Shown: positions 48,319-59,729, counted from the first letter of the stretch. The stretch: 64,000 nt of DNA from Longimicrobiales bacterium (GCA_965116905.1 OZ220732.1:3136001-3200000); one strand, 5' to 3'. Numbers and translations: made by a program. Notes: generated by a model from the letters alone, not told the origin.

Positions 48319-49998
48319 TCAGTCCTCCCGCGCCGGAGTGGGGGAGGAAACCGGGTCCGGCGCCCCGAGCCCGGCGGGCGGAGTGTCGGCCCGGCGAAGC
48401 GGGGCGGAGGCTCCGGCTGGCGGAAGGGCGTCCGTGCCCGGCAGCACCTCGGCCCCGGGCCCGTCATCCTGTGAATTCGCGGAAGCCGTACCCACCGCCG
48501 CGCCCGCGCCCTCGACCCGCTCGAGGACCCGTTGCACGCTCGGCTCCATGCGCTCGAGGATGGGTGTGGGGTGGACGCCGATCCCGATCATGAGCGCAAC
48601 CATGGGCGCCAGGATCATGACCTCCCTCCTGGACAGATCCGGGAACTTCCGGTTCTCGGGCTTGTCCAGCTTGTTGAAGAGGATGCGCTGCACCATGGGC
48701 AGCATGTAGTACGCAGCGAATACGACGCCCGTGGCAGCCAGGATCGCTGCCAGCGCATGGGTCTCGAAGGTTCCCAGCAGGGCCAGGAATTCGCCCACGA
48801 AACCGCTGGTCCCCGGCAGACCGATCGACGCGAGCGCCGTGATTACGAAGGCCGTCGCGAAAAGCGGAGCCGCCCGCCCCACGCCGCCGAAGTCCGCGAT
48901 CAGCCGCGTGTGGCGCCGCTCGTACATCATTCCCAGCAGCAGGAACAGGGCGCCCGTCGAAATGCCGTGGCTGATCATCACCACCATGCCGCCCTGCAGG
49001 CCGTTCAGCGTCAGGGCGAAGATCCCGATCACCACGAACCCCATGTGCGCCACCGACGTGTAGGCGACCAGCTTCTTGGCGTCCGGCTGGACGGCCGCAA
49101 CCCACGCCGCGTAGATGATGCCGACCACTCCGAGCACCAGCATCACCGCCACGACCGTCGGATGTTGGGCCGCCGCGGGGAAGAGCGGCAGGAGGAATCT
49201 CATGAAGCCGTACGTGCCCATCTTCAGCAGTACCGCCGCCAGGATGACCGACCCGGGCGTCGGCGCCTCCACGTGGGCATCGGGCAGCCAGGTGTGCAGG
49301 GGGAACACGGGCACCTTGATGCCGAAGGCGAGCGCAAAGGCCGCGAAGAGCCATAGCTGCTCGCGCAGGCCGAGGTCCGCGTTGAGGAACGCTTCGTACC
49401 CGAAGGATCCTGCATTGCCCCCGAAGTAGATGTAGAGGATCGCGACCAGCATGAGGAGCGAGCCGACCGCGGTGTAGAGGAAGAACTTCACGGCGGCGTA
49501 GATCCGTCGTTCCCCGCCCCAGATGCCCACGATGAAGTACATGGGCACCAGGGTGAGCTCGAAGAAGACGTAGAAGAGGAAGATGTCGGTGGCGAGAAAC
49601 ACCCCCAGCACCCCCGTCTCCAGGAGCAGCATGAGGGCGTAGAACGCCTTGCGGCGCGTCTTGACGTACTCGAACGACCCGAGGATCGCGATCGCGCTGG
49701 TGAACGTCGTCAGCATCACCATGAAGACCGAGATGCCGTCGATGCCGAGCGCGTAGCTTACGCCCCACGACTCGATCCAGGGCGTGGAGGACTCGAGCAT
49801 GAACCCGCCGCCGCCCGGCTCGTAACCCCACCAGAGCCCGAGGCTGAGCAGGAAGACCAGCGCCGACCAGGCGAACGCACGGTGCCTGGCCCGTTCGGAT
49901 GACGAGACGGCCACATGCGCCATTCCGACCAGCGGCAGCCAGATCAGCGCGTGGAGGATCCAGTCCTCGTACCGTAGCGATGCAAGCAGATCCGTCAT
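48319..49998 (-). CDS. nuoM: NADH-quinone oxidoreductase subunit M
   Basis: FYVFFE, KFFLYT, IKVPVFPLHTWLPDAHVEAPT, LLKMG. Confidence 0.97.
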   Translation of the reverse strand: MTDLLASLRYEDWILHALIWLPLVGMAHVAVSSSERARHRAFAWSALVFLLSLGLWWGYEPGGGGFMLESSTPWIESWGVSYALGIDGISVFMVMLTTFTSAIAILGSFEYVKTRRKAFYALMLLLETGVLGVFLATDIFLFYVFFELTLVPMYFIVGIWGGERRIYAAVKFFLYTAVGSLLMLVAILYIYFGGNAGSFGYEAFLNADLGLREQLWLFAAFALAFGIKVPVFPLHTWLPDAHVEAPTPGSVILAAVLLKMGTYGFMRFLLPLFPAAAQHPTVVAVMLVLGVVGIIYAAWVAAVQPDAKKLVAYTSVAHMGFVVIGIFALTLNGLQGGMVVMISHGISTGALFLLLGMMYERRHTRLIADFGGVGRAAPLFATAFVITALASIGLPGTSGFVGEFLALLGTFETHALAAILAATGVVFAAYYMLPMVQRILFNKLDKPENRKFPDLSRREVMILAPMVALMIGIGVHPTPILERMEPSVQRVLERVEGAGAAVGTASANSQDDGPGAEVLPGTDALPPAGASAPLRRADTPPAGLGAPDPVSSPTPARED

Positions 49999-50003
49999 TG
50001 GCG

Positions 50004-52205
50004 TTACCGCAGGAAGACCGTGGTGCCCAGAACCAGCAGAACCCCGACGGTCAGCACGAAGGCGTACATGTTCACCTGGCCGGTCTGGAAGAGGCTCATG
50101 ATCCAGCCGGCCAGACGCGTAACCTGTGCGGTGGCGTTGACGAAGCCATCGATGATCACGGCATCGATGAACCTCCAGCACCACCTGGAAAGTCTGAGAA
50201 GCGGCTGCACGATCACGGCCTCGTACGCCTCGTCGAAGTACCACTTGTCGTGGAGGACCTTCGGCAGCCCGGCACGGGGACCGGGGTCGGCGGCCGCGGC
50301 GACGTATTTTCGCGAGCCAAGCAGGCGGGCGCTGACGGCGACCGTGAGAGCGGCCGCGACCGTAGACGCAAGCGCCCACAAGACCTCGCCGCCGCCAAGC
50401 GGGGCACTATGGGCGGCCTCCCCGAAGCCCGCGACCTGGATCTCGGCTGCCGCATGCGTCACCGGCTCCAGCCAGTGATGGAGCCATTCGCTCATCGGGA
50501 GAGCGCCGAACAGCCCCGCGAAGGACTCCTGCAGCGCTTCGGGAACGTTGATCCAGCCACCGAATACCGAAAGCGCGGCGAGGGCGATCAGCGGCAGGGT
50601 CATCACCCGCGGCGCCTCGTGAAGATGAGCCGCGCCCGCCGCGCCGGTGCGATTGGTCCCGTGGAACGTCATCACCATCAGGCGGGTCATGTAAAAGGCG
50701 GTCATCAGCGCGGTGAGCAGCGCGATTCCCCAGTACACCGCGTAAAGGCCGCCGAACGGATTCGACGCGGCACCCGCCCAGGCCGCCGTGTACCAGATGA
50801 TCTCGTCCTTGGAAAAGAAGCCCGCGAACGGCCAGATGCCGGCGATGGCAAGGGTCGCGATCCACATGAGCGCGCAGGTGAGGGGCATGTATTTGCGCAG
50901 CCCCCCCATGTTGCGCATGTCCTGCTCGTCGAGGTGCCCCTCCGCGTGATGCACGGCGTGGTGCATGGAGTGGATGACCGCACCGGCCCCCAGGAAGAGG
51001 AGCGCCTTGAAGAAGGCGTGCGTGACCAGGTGGAAGATCGCCGCGGTGAAGGCGCCGATCCCCGCGGCGAGAAACATGAAGCCCAGCTGCGATACGGTCG
51101 AGTAGGCCAGCACCTTCTTGATGTCGTACTGCTGCATGGCGATGGTCGCCGCGATGAGCGCGGTGAGCACGCCGACGCCCGCGACGACCGCCTGGCTGAC
51201 CGGCGCGAGCGCGTACAGAACCGAGGACCGCGCGACCATGTACACGCCCGCGGTGACCATGGTCGCCGCGTGGATGAGGGCGGACACCGGCGTGGGGCCC
51301 GCCATGGCGTCGGGCAGCCATACGTGCAGCGGCACCTGGGCGCTCTTCCCCGCGGCCCCCACCATGAGCAACAGCGTAATGGCGGTCACCGTGGCGCCGC
51401 CCGCGGCCAGCTGGCCCTCGGCTCCGGCGAAGACCCCGCCGAAGTCGAAGGTTCCGAAGGCCTGGTAGATGAGGAACATGGCCAGCAGGAAGCCGACATC
51501 CCCGATCCGGTTTACGATGAACGCCTTCTTGCCCGCATCGGATTTCTCGCGATCGCTGAACCAGTACCCGATCAGGAGATAGCTGCAGAGTCCGACGCCC
51601 TCCCACCCTACGAACATGGTGGCGTATCCGGAACCCATGACCAGCACCAGCATGAAGAAGACGAAGAGGTTCAGGTAGGAGAAGTACCTCGGATACCCGA
51701 CGTCGTCCTTCATGTAGCCGACGCTGAAGACGTGGATCAGGAAGCCGACTCCGGTGACCACGAGCATCATCACGGCGGAGAGCTGGTCCAGCTGGAGGGC
51801 AGCGTCGATCCGCAGGTCCCCGGTCGCGATCCAGCTCCAGTAGGAGCGAACGACGGGCTCGTGCAGATCGTCCGGCATCCCGATGAAGTTCAGCAGCGCC
51901 AGGACGAATGCGATCAGCATCACCCCCGGGCCCACCAGCGTGGGGAGCCGGTGCGTCGCCGGGGTCGCCCCGCCCGCGAAGGGGTCCCACTCCCTCCCGC
52001 TCCGGACCGCCGCGGAGGAGATGGCTGCCGCCCGCAGGGCGAGGAATCCGTTGATCGCAAAGCCCAGCAGCGGGAGCAGCACGATCAGCCCCGGCAGCAC
52101 AGGCTCCCAGGGTGCAGCCTCCTGCACGGTGAGCGCCGGGACCGGCAAGGGCAGCGTGCCCGCCACGGAGGTGATGGCCAACTCGACGGTCGTCACGCCG
52201 GTCAC
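50004..52205 (-). CDS. nuoL: NADH-quinone oxidoreductase subunit L
   Basis: [52 protein letters not shown]. Confidence 0.97.
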   Translation of the reverse strand: MTGVTTVELAITSVAGTLPLPVPALTVQEAAPWEPVLPGLIVLLPLLGFAINGFLALRAAAISSAAVRSGREWDPFAGGATPATHRLPTLVGPGVMLIAFVLALLNFIGMPDDLHEPVVRSYWSWIATGDLRIDAALQLDQLSAVMMLVVTGVGFLIHVFSVGYMKDDVGYPRYFSYLNLFVFFMLVLVMGSGYATMFVGWEGVGLCSYLLIGYWFSDREKSDAGKKAFIVNRIGDVGFLLAMFLIYQAFGTFDFGGVFAGAEGQLAAGGATVTAITLLLMVGAAGKSAQVPLHVWLPDAMAGPTPVSALIHAATMVTAGVYMVARSSVLYALAPVSQAVVAGVGVLTALIAATIAMQQYDIKKVLAYSTVSQLGFMFLAAGIGAFTAAIFHLVTHAFFKALLFLGAGAVIHSMHHAVHHAEGHLDEQDMRNMGGLRKYMPLTCALMWIATLAIAGIWPFAGFFSKDEIIWYTAAWAGAASNPFGGLYAVYWGIALLTALMTAFYMTRLMVMTFHGTNRTGAAGAAHLHEAPRVMTLPLIALAALSVFGGWINVPEALQESFAGLFGALPMSEWLHHWLEPVTHAAAEIQVAGFGEAAHSAPLGGGEVLWALASTVAAALTVAVSARLLGSRKYVAAAADPGPRAGLPKVLHDKWYFDEAYEAVIVQPLLRLSRWCWRFIDAVIIDGFVNATAQVTRLAGWIMSLFQTGQVNMYAFVLTVGVLLVLGTTVFLR

Positions 52206-52495
52206 CACTTCAACACGTTGAACTTGTTCACGTTGACGGTCTCGTAGTGCCGGAAGATCGAGATGATGATCGCCAGCCCCACGGCCGCCTCGGCCGCCGC
52301 CACCGTCATCACGAAGAACACGTAGAGCTGGCCCTCGATCCCGGTGTAGCGGGACAGCGCCACGAAGGCGAGGTTGACCGCATTGAGCTGCAGTTCGATG
52401 CACAGGAAGATGATGATGGCGTTCCTGCGCACGATGACGCCCAGGGTGCCGATCACGAACAGCGCCGCGCTAAGCAGGAGGGCCGAAGTCAGCAT
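52202..52495 (-). CDS. nuoK: NADH-quinone oxidoreductase subunit K
   Basis: [25 protein letters not shown]. Confidence 0.97.
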   Translation of the reverse strand: MLTSALLLSAALFVIGTLGVIVRRNAIIIFLCIELQLNAVNLAFVALSRYTGIEGQLYVFFVMTVAAAEAAVGLAIIISIFRHYETVNVNKFNVLKW

Positions 52496-52496
52496 T

Positions 52497-53036
52497 TCAG
52501 TCCTTTCCCGCTTCGCGTGGCTTGGCGAGCACCACCGCGGCCACGATGGCCACCAGCAGCAGCAGACCCATGAGCTCGAAGGCGACCACGTAGTCGGTGA
52601 AGAGCGGATCCGCGATCACGCCCACGGCCCCCTTCTCGACGACCGCCGCGTCGATCGCCGCCGCCGCGGCCGCGCCGTTCTCCAGCAGGCCCGCCTCGAG
52701 GTCGCCGCTAAACCCCTGCATGAGGACGCCCGCCGTAAGACCCACAACTACAAGGGAAAGCAGCGACCAGGAACCGTAACGGAGGTCGGCGCGGTAGTCG
52801 TGCCCCAGGTTCAGGAGCATGATCACGAACAGGAAGAGCACCATGATCGCGCCGGCGTAGACGAGCACCTGGATCGCCGCAAGGAAATGGGCTTCGAAGA
52901 GGACGTAGATCCCCGCGACGCTCGCCAGCGTGGCCACCATGAACAGCAGGCTGGCGACCGGACTGCGCCCGATCACCACGCCGATGGCGCCGCCGACGGC
53001 AACGACCGCAAACAGGATGAAGAGGATATCGGTCAT
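52497..53036 (-). CDS. nuoJ: NADH-quinone oxidoreductase subunit J
   Basis: [20 protein letters not shown]. Confidence 0.96.
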   Translation of the reverse strand: MTDILFILFAVVAVGGAIGVVIGRSPVASLLFMVATLASVAGIYVLFEAHFLAAIQVLVYAGAIMVLFLFVIMLLNLGHDYRADLRYGSWSLLSLVVVGLTAGVLMQGFSGDLEAGLLENGAAAAAAIDAAVVEKGAVGVIADPLFTDYVVAFELMGLLLLVAIVAAVVLAKPREAGKD

Positions 53037-53533
53037 TCGGAGCGTGGATCCGACGGGTCCCACAGCAGCGTCGTGGGATGGTCCTGTTCCATCAGCCGGT
53101 CCAGATCGTAGACGAACCGGTCCCGGCCGTATTCCGCGTTCTCGAAGTGCTGCCCGACGTGGATCGCCTCGACCGGGCAGACTTCCTGACACATGCCGCA
53201 GAAAATGCAGCGGAATTCGTCGATCTCATACACGATCGGGTAACGATTGCCCTGGTCGTCCTCGCCGCCCACCAGCCTGATGCAGTTCGCCGGGCATACC
53301 GTCGGGCAGAGCCCGCAGGCCACGCACTTGGGACGGCCGTCGGCGTGCACCTCCATGCGGTGCGTGCCGCGCCACCGGGGACTCAGCTCCGGCTGCTCTT
53401 CGGGGTACTCCAGCGTCACCTTCGTGGGCCGTACCATGTGTTTGAACGTCAGGCTCATGCCCTTGAGCGTCGCGCGCATGTACGACGTGCGGCCCGCCTC
53501 GGGGCGTCTCATCACCTTGACCGAAATCGCCAT
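53033..53533 (-). CDS. nuoI: NADH-quinone oxidoreductase subunit I
   Basis: CVACGLCPTVCP and CIFCGMCQEVCP 4Fe-4S motifs. Confidence 0.97.
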   Translation of the reverse strand: MAISVKVMRRPEAGRTSYMRATLKGMSLTFKHMVRPTKVTLEYPEEQPELSPRWRGTHRMEVHADGRPKCVACGLCPTVCPANCIRLVGGEDDQGNRYPIVYEIDEFRCIFCGMCQEVCPVEAIHVGQHFENAEYGRDRFVYDLDRLMEQDHPTTLLWDPSDPRSE

Positions 53534-53546
53534 TGGTCGCTCCCGT

Positions 53547-54857
53547 TCAGCTTGGTGTGGTACGGCCGGTGGTGCCCCCGGCGGCGCCGGCTGCGGGTCG
53601 TGGCGGTCCGGCGCGCCCGACTTGCTTCCTGTGGGCGCCGGAGATCACGCGGTCGCGGTCGACGAAGAAGAGAAACGCGAGGGTGGTGATGCCGCTGACC
53701 GCGGTCAGGACCAGCCCGTAGAGCATGCCGTACGCCACGCCCAGCTGGTCGAGCACGAGCATGGTCCCCGCAATCAGCATGATGTACCCGAGCGCCGCCG
53801 GCAGAAGCACCTTCCAGCCGAGGTGCATGACCTGGTCGTATCGGAACCTCGGCAGCGTCCACCGGATCCAGATGTAGAGCAGGAGGAAGAAGCCCGTCTT
53901 CGCCGAGAACGCGGCCAGGGTGAGCAGCGTGATGAGCACGCTGGGGCTCGTGGGAATCGGCGCACCCGACTCGTCGAAGCCCCGGATCCACGCGCCCTCG
54001 TGGCGGTACATGTCGTCCCCGGGCCAGAACGGGATGTCCCACCCGCCGAAGAAGAGCGTGGCCATGAGGGCCGACGCGGTGACCACGTGCGCGTACTCGG
54101 CGATGAAGAACATCGAGAACTTCATCGCGGAGTACTCGGTGTGGTACCCCGTGATCAGCTCCGACTCGGCTTCGGGCATGTCGAAGGGGAGCCGGTTGGT
54201 CTCGGCAAGCGCGGAAATCAGGAAGAAGATGAACGCCAGCGACAGCGGGAAGACGAACCACAGTCCCAGCTGTTGCTGCTTCCACACCATCTCCGTCAGG
54301 GTGACGTTGCCCGCGAGCAGCAGCACCGCGATCACGCTGAGGCCCAGCGCAACCTCGTAGGAGATCATCTGAGCCGAGGCGCGCAGCCCGCCGAGGAACG
54401 CGTACTTGTTGTTCGACGCCCATCCGGAAAGCACGATGCCGTACACGGCGAGCGACGAGAGCGCCAGGATGTAGAGGATGCCGATGGGGACGTCCGCGAC
54501 GATCATGTCCACCGTTCCGACCGGGGTGGGCAGAGGCGCGGCGAACGGGATCACGGCGAAGGTGATCACGGCCGGCATGATTGCGAGCGCCGGGCCCAGG
54601 ACGAAGTAGAACTTCGCCGCCGTGCCGGGCATCGTCTCTTCCTTGATGATGTTCTTGACGCCGTCGGCGATGGGCTGAAGCAGCCCGAAGGGGCCGACGC
54701 GGTTGGGCCCGAGCCGGTCCTGGATGAAGGCCGACACCCTGCGTTCGGCAAGGGTCATGTACGCAACCACCGCCATCACGACCGTGAAGACGGCAACGAC
54801 CTTGATGGCGCCGAAGGTTACGAACCAGAAGGTTGAGAGTTCCTGCATCTCACCCAT
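53547..54857 (-). CDS. nuoH: NADH-quinone oxidoreductase subunit H
   Basis: ERRV..IQDRLGPNRVGP, QMISYE, AETNRLPFDMPEAESEL, RWTLPRFRYDQ. Confidence 0.97.
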   Translation of the reverse strand: MGEMQELSTFWFVTFGAIKVVAVFTVVMAVVAYMTLAERRVSAFIQDRLGPNRVGPFGLLQPIADGVKNIIKEETMPGTAAKFYFVLGPALAIMPAVITFAVIPFAAPLPTPVGTVDMIVADVPIGILYILALSSLAVYGIVLSGWASNNKYAFLGGLRASAQMISYEVALGLSVIAVLLLAGNVTLTEMVWKQQQLGLWFVFPLSLAFIFFLISALAETNRLPFDMPEAESELITGYHTEYSAMKFSMFFIAEYAHVVTASALMATLFFGGWDIPFWPGDDMYRHEGAWIRGFDESGAPIPTSPSVLITLLTLAAFSAKTGFFLLLYIWIRWTLPRFRYDQVMHLGWKVLLPAALGYIMLIAGTMLVLDQLGVAYGMLYGLVLTAVSGITTLAFLFFVDRDRVISGAHRKQVGRAGPPRPAAGAAGGTTGRTTPS

Positions 54858-56460
54858 GGGCCGCCTCCTCCACGAGGGCCGCGCCCCCGTCTCCGACCGC
54901 TTCCCAGGTCAGACCCTCGAACGCGGGGTGGGCGGCCGCCAGCCGCGCGAATGCTTCCGGCGCGCCCCCCGGAGTTTCCTCGCCGCGCAGCGCGGCCACG
55001 AGGGCGCCCAGCACCAGCCACGCGGGACGCGCCGATTCCGGTGGCCGCAGGCCCTGCTGGAAGCGCTGGACCCGCCCCTGCGCGTTCACGAACGTCCCTT
55101 CCTCCTCGGCGAAGGTCGTGATCGGCAGCACGAAGTCGGCGTTGGCGGCCGCGGCCGAGCCGAAGGTGCCGAGATAGACGAACAGGCCGGCCTTCGCGCC
55201 GAAGTCCTCTCCCTGGTCCGCGAGTTCGTCGCCGAGCACGATGACGACCCCGCCGTGTTCCGCCACTTCTTCGAGGCCCCCCTCCCCGCCATCGTCGCCG
55301 GAGCGCCGGAAACCGAACAGGCCGGCACCGTGCGGGTTGGGAACGAGGTCCCGGCGGCGCACCAGCAGCGGGAAGCCCGGCAGGGGAACCTCGTCGGAGT
55401 CACGAGGCGAACGGAACACGCGCGCCGCGCTTCCGCCGCGCAGCTCGTCCCCCAGCGAGGCCAGGCCCGCCAGCGCCTCGTTCGAGCATCGCGCCGATCC
55501 CACCAGTGCTACATCGCCCTCGGCGGCCGCAAGACGCCCGAAGAGGAGTTCCAGCGCTTCCCGCCAGTCCACCACCCGCCTGTCCGATCCGCGGCCGACC
55601 GCCGGCGACTCCAGGCGGCCGGGCTGGTTCAGCCACTCGTAGTTCGCGCGTCCGTAGTCGCACATCCAGTGGCCGTTGACCTCCTGGTTTTCACGCGGCT
55701 TGAGACGCTGCACCAGGTTGTCGCGGGTGTGAAGCTCGATATTGCAACCGTGACTGCAGTTGGGGCAGATGGAGGAAGTATGGTCGAGGTCCCAGGCGCG
55801 GGCCTTGTGCAGAAAGTCCTTCGAGACCAGCGCGCCGACCGGGCAGATGTCCACCACGTTGCCCGCGAAGGACGCGCCCTCCAGCCCCCGGTCGAAGAAG
55901 GTGTCGATCACCGCGCGGCTGCCCCGCTCCACCACCGTCAGCCGCGAGTCGCGCGCGACCTCGTCCATGAAGCGCACACAGCGCGTGCACATCACGCAGC
56001 GGTCGCCGTAGTAGAGCACGTCGCCGCCGAAGTCGTCGCGCCCGAAGACGCGCTTGGGCTCGCGGCCCCGCCCGCGCTCCCTGCCCTCGTCGAAGACGTA
56101 GTCCTGGAGCTTGCACTCCCCCGACATGTCGCAGATGGGGCAGTCGAGCGGGTGGTTGACCAGGTAGAACTCCAGCACGCCCTGCCGCATCCGCTTCGCG
56201 GCGGGGCTGTCGGTGTGCACGACCTGTCCGTCGTCGGCTATCGTCACGCACGACGGCTGCAGCTTCGGCGCCCCCTCCACCTCGACCAGGCAGATTCGGC
56301 ACTGCGCGGGCGCGGACAGACCGGGGTGGTAGCAGTAGTGAGGCACCTCGGTGCCCACCGACTCGGCGGCGTGCAGCAGCGATGTCCCCCTGGGGACGGT
56401 GACCTCCTGCCCGTCGATGGTCAGGGTGACCGTCTCGGCTTTGCGACCGTTATCCGGCAT
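54850..56460 (-). CDS. nuoG: NADH-quinone oxidoreductase subunit G (short, 536 aa)
   Basis: YCYHPGL..CRICLVE, NHPLDCPICD..GEC, RCVMCTRC, CPNCSHGC. Confidence 0.95.
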   Translation of the reverse strand: MPDNGRKAETVTLTIDGQEVTVPRGTSLLHAAESVGTEVPHYCYHPGLSAPAQCRICLVEVEGAPKLQPSCVTIADDGQVVHTDSPAAKRMRQGVLEFYLVNHPLDCPICDMSGECKLQDYVFDEGRERGRGREPKRVFGRDDFGGDVLYYGDRCVMCTRCVRFMDEVARDSRLTVVERGSRAVIDTFFDRGLEGASFAGNVVDICPVGALVSKDFLHKARAWDLDHTSSICPNCSHGCNIELHTRDNLVQRLKPRENQEVNGHWMCDYGRANYEWLNQPGRLESPAVGRGSDRRVVDWREALELLFGRLAAAEGDVALVGSARCSNEALAGLASLGDELRGGSAARVFRSPRDSDEVPLPGFPLLVRRRDLVPNPHGAGLFGFRRSGDDGGEGGLEEVAEHGGVVIVLGDELADQGEDFGAKAGLFVYLGTFGSAAAANADFVLPITTFAEEEGTFVNAQGRVQRFQQGLRPPESARPAWLVLGALVAALRGEETPGGAPEAFARLAAAHPAFEGLTWEAVGDGGAALVEEAAHG

Positions 56461-56478
56461 GGGGCTCCCCCGGGTGCA

Positions 56479-57771
56479 TCAGGCTGCTCCGACCCGTTCG
56501 CCGCGGCGGATGAGGGCCAGGTAGTCCTCGCGGAACTTCTCGATCGACGAAATCACGGGCATCGCCAGCGAGTCCGACAGCACGCAGATGGTGGTCCCCG
56601 TCATCTGTTCGGAAATCTCCACCAGCGTATCCAGGTCATCCTCCGTCCCCCGGCCGTCCTCGATCCGCTGGAGAATCCGGGTGGCCCATGTCGTGCCCTC
56701 GCGGCAGGGCGTGCACTGGCCGCAGCTTTCGTGCGCGTAGAAGTAGGCCATCCGCCGCACCTGCTTGACGATGTCGGCGGTTTCGTCCATGACGATCACC
56801 GAGGCGCATCCGAGCATCGAGCCCGCGGCCTCGACGCCCTCGTAGCACAGGGTGCACGCGCGGCAATCGTCGGCGTCCATGATCGGCACCGAGCTTCCCC
56901 CGGGGATCACCGCCTTGAGAGCCCTGCCGCCGGGGATGCCCCCGCACACGTCCTCGATGAGTTCCATCAGCGGAAAGCCCAGCGGGAATTCGTAGTTGCC
57001 GGGCTTGTTCACGTGTCCCGAAACGCAGAACAGCTTGGTGCCGGGGCTCTTCTCCGTGCCCCACTGGCGGTACCACTCGCCACCGTGCCGCGCGATGTGG
57101 GCCGCGGCTGCCAGCGTCTCGACGTTGTTGATCGTCGACGGCATCCCGAATGCGCCGACCGCGGCCGGGAAGGGCGGCTTGATTCGAGGCTCTCCCCGCC
57201 GCCCCTCGAGCGAGTTCATCAGGCCGGTCTCCTCTCCGCAGATGTACGCGCCCGCGCCGACGTGAAGTGTGACGTCGATGTCCACGCCCGAACCCAGGAT
57301 GTCCCTGCCGACGAGCCCCTCCGCGTAGGCTTCCTCCAGCGCGCGCGCCAGCACCTGCGTGGACTCGAAGAACTCGCCGCGCAGGTAGATGTAGCAGTGC
57401 GACGCACCGATGGCGTACGAGCCGACCAGGCAACCCTCGATCAGCTGGTGCGGGGTCCAGCGGATGATCTCGCGGTCCTTGAACGTCCCGGGCTCCGACT
57501 CGTCGGCGTTGCACAGCATGTAGTGCGGACGTCCGGTGTCCTTCGGCATGAATGACCACTTGAGCCCCGTGGGAAAGCCCGCCCCGCCACGGCCGCGGAG
57601 CCCCGACGCCTTGACGTCCTCGATGGTCGCCTCGCGTCCGATCTCCAGCGCACGGGCGATGCCCTCGTAGCCTCCGACGGCCTTCCAGCCGGCTACGGTG
57701 CGCGCCGCGGGGTCCCCGAAGCACTCGCTCAGGACGCGGGTTTCCTTTTCGTGTCGGTACGGGTAGGCCAA
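56479..57771 (-). CDS. nuoF: NADH-quinone oxidoreductase subunit F
   Basis: GLRGRGGAGFPTGLKW, NADESEPG, GAGAYICGEET, ESCGQCTPCREG. Confidence 0.98.
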   Translation of the reverse strand: MAYPYRHEKETRVLSECFGDPAARTVAGWKAVGGYEGIARALEIGREATIEDVKASGLRGRGGAGFPTGLKWSFMPKDTGRPHYMLCNADESEPGTFKDREIIRWTPHQLIEGCLVGSYAIGASHCYIYLRGEFFESTQVLARALEEAYAEGLVGRDILGSGVDIDVTLHVGAGAYICGEETGLMNSLEGRRGEPRIKPPFPAAVGAFGMPSTINNVETLAAAAHIARHGGEWYRQWGTEKSPGTKLFCVSGHVNKPGNYEFPLGFPLMELIEDVCGGIPGGRALKAVIPGGSSVPIMDADDCRACTLCYEGVEAAGSMLGCASVIVMDETADIVKQVRRMAYFYAHESCGQCTPCREGTTWATRILQRIEDGRGTEDDLDTLVEISEQMTGTTICVLSDSLAMPVISSIEKFREDYLALIRRGERVGAA

Positions 57772-57795
57772 GGCCGTTTCCTCGGGGGGCCGCCT

Positions 57796-58458
57796 CTAGA
57801 AGCCCCGGTTGACCTCGCGCTTCAACCGGTCGAGAACGGCCGGCACATCTTCCGCCGACACGTCCTCGAAGTAGCGCGAGTTGATTTGTACGCAGGTCGG
57901 GAAGCCACACGCCGCCAGGCACTCGGCCTCGACGACCGTGAAGTTTCCGTCGCTCGATGTCTGCCCCAACTCCGTGCCCGTGTGCTCCAGAAACGCCGCG
58001 ACAACCTCGTCAGCGCCGCACAGGTTGCAGGAGATGTTGGTGCATACCTGTATCAGAAAGCGTCCCACGGGGCGCTTGTTGTACATCGTGTAGAACGTCG
58101 CGACCCCACGGACGTAGGCGTCGCTGAGGCCCAGCAGTCCGGCGACCTCGTCCATGGTCCCGGGCGAGATGTGGCCCCGCAGCTCCTGGGCGAGGTTGAG
58201 GGCGGGAAGCAGCGCCGCCCGCGCGGTCGGATAGCGGCTTCGGATCTTGTCGAAGCGCTCCCGGTAGGCTCCCTCGAAGAGCGGCGCGTCCGGATTCTTC
58301 TTCACGAACATGAACGGGAGGCTCGGGGAAACCGACGGGTGACCGCCGTCCAGCGGACGCTCGCCCGCGTACTCGGTCCCGCGCACGTCCGCCTCACTCA
58401 GTTCGAACTCACCCGTGTTCCCCGCCCAGCCCGGGTTGCGAAAGCGGACCTCGCTCAC
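57796..58458 (-). CDS. nuoE: NADH-quinone oxidoreductase subunit E
   Basis: VATFYTMY, VCTNISC, ECLAAC; GTG start overlaps nuoD stop. Confidence 0.95.
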   Translation of the reverse strand: MSEVRFRNPGWAGNTGEFELSEADVRGTEYAGERPLDGGHPSVSPSLPFMFVKKNPDAPLFEGAYRERFDKIRSRYPTARAALLPALNLAQELRGHISPGTMDEVAGLLGLSDAYVRGVATFYTMYNKRPVGRFLIQVCTNISCNLCGADEVVAAFLEHTGTELGQTSSDGNFTVVEAECLAACGFPTCVQINSRYFEDVSAEDVPAVLDRLKREVNRGF

Positions 58459-59729
58459 CGGTCGATCTCTCCGAGGACGATGTCGAGGCTCGCGTTGATC
58501 ACGATCAGGTCGGCCATGAGGTGCCCCTCGGCCAGCTTCGGAATCGCGGACAGGTTCACGAACGACGGGGGCCGGATCCGCCAGCGCACCGGCTTGGGCC
58601 CTCCGTCGCCCACGACGTACATCCCGAGTTCGCCCTTCGAGCCCTCCACCGAGAACCAGCAGTCCTCGGCGGGAGCGGGGATCCCCTCGGTGATCAGCTT
58701 GAAGTGATGGATCATCGACTCCATGTCCGACATGCAGTCGGTCTTGGAGGGCAAGCTGATGCGCGGATCCTCCAGGTCCATGGGACCGTCCGGCAGACGG
58801 TCCAGCGCCTGGTGGAGAATGTGGATGCTCTGGCGCATCTCCTCCATGCGCACCAGGTAGCGGTCGTAGCAGTCGCCGTGGCACCCGATCGGGACCTCGA
58901 AGTCGTAGCTCTCGTACTCGTAGTAGGGGCGGTCCTTGCGGACGTCGTACGGCACCCCGCTGGCCCTGAGATTGGCCCCCGTAAGGCCGTAGTTGACCGC
59001 GTCCTCGGCTGAAATCGCCCCGATGCCCTGGGTGCGCCCCACGTGGATCGCGTTGCAGGTCAGCAGCGCGTCGATCTCGTCGAGCGTCGCCGGGAGGTTG
59101 TCCGCGAACTCCCGCACCCCGCCCGCCCAACCCTCGGGCAGGTCCGCCATCATGCCGCCGATTCGAGTGGCGGACGTGGTGATCCTTGCGCCCGTCAGTG
59201 CCTCGTGCAGCTTGTAGACCTTTTCGCGCTGCTGGAACGCGTAGAGGAAGGGCGTGAAGGCGCCCACGTCGATCGACCACGTGCCCAGCCAGAGGAGGTG
59301 GGAGAATATGCGATCCAGCTCCATGCAGATGACGCGGGTGACCCGGCAGCGATCGGTCACCTCGATCCCCATCAGCTTCTCCGCAGCCATGACGTACGCG
59401 CAGTTGTAGATCAGCGGCGCCAGGTAGTCCATGCGGTCGGTGAGCGGGACGATCTGGTTCCAGGTGCGGTACTCGCCGAGCTTCTCGAAGGACGAGTGCA
59501 GGTAGCCCAGCCGAGGCACCACGCTGACCACCGTCTCGCCGTCCAGCTCCACCACCAGGCGCAGCACGCCATGCGTGGCCGGGTGCTGGGGTCCGACGTT
59601 CACCAGCATCGTGCTCGAACCGAGTTCCGGCTCGGGGGCGTCGAAGGGCTCGATCGGGCTGGGAACCGGCGTGCCGTCCGGACCCATTTCCGGATTGCGG
59701 CGCACTGCGTAGTCGACCGCGCTAGACAT
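58455..59729 (-). CDS. nuoD: NADH-quinone oxidoreductase subunit D
   Basis: NVGPQHPATHGVLRL, DRMDY, KGELG, DIVLGEIDR. Confidence 0.97.
   Translation of the reverse strand: MSSAVDYAVRRNPEMGPDGTPVPSPIEPFDAPEPELGSSTMLVNVGPQHPATHGVLRLVVELDGETVVSVVPRLGYLHSSFEKLGEYRTWNQIVPLTDRMDYLAPLIYNCAYVMAAEKLMGIEVTDRCRVTRVICMELDRIFSHLLWLGTWSIDVGAFTPFLYAFQQREKVYKLHEALTGARITTSATRIGGMMADLPEGWAGGVREFADNLPATLDEIDALLTCNAIHVGRTQGIGAISAEDAVNYGLTGANLRASGVPYDVRKDRPYYEYESYDFEVPIGCHGDCYDRYLVRMEEMRQSIHILHQALDRLPDGPMDLEDPRISLPSKTDCMSDMESMIHHFKLITEGIPAPAEDCWFSVEGSKGELGMYVVGDGGPKPVRWRIRPPSFVNLSAIPKLAEGHLMADLIVINASLDIVLGEIDR

Noticed and set aside
54703..57555. 950-aa plus-strand ORF and many similar long antisense ORFs (e.g. 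49899-52247, 33672-35624)
   Set aside because: Stop-poor shadows of high-GC genes with no recognisable motifs
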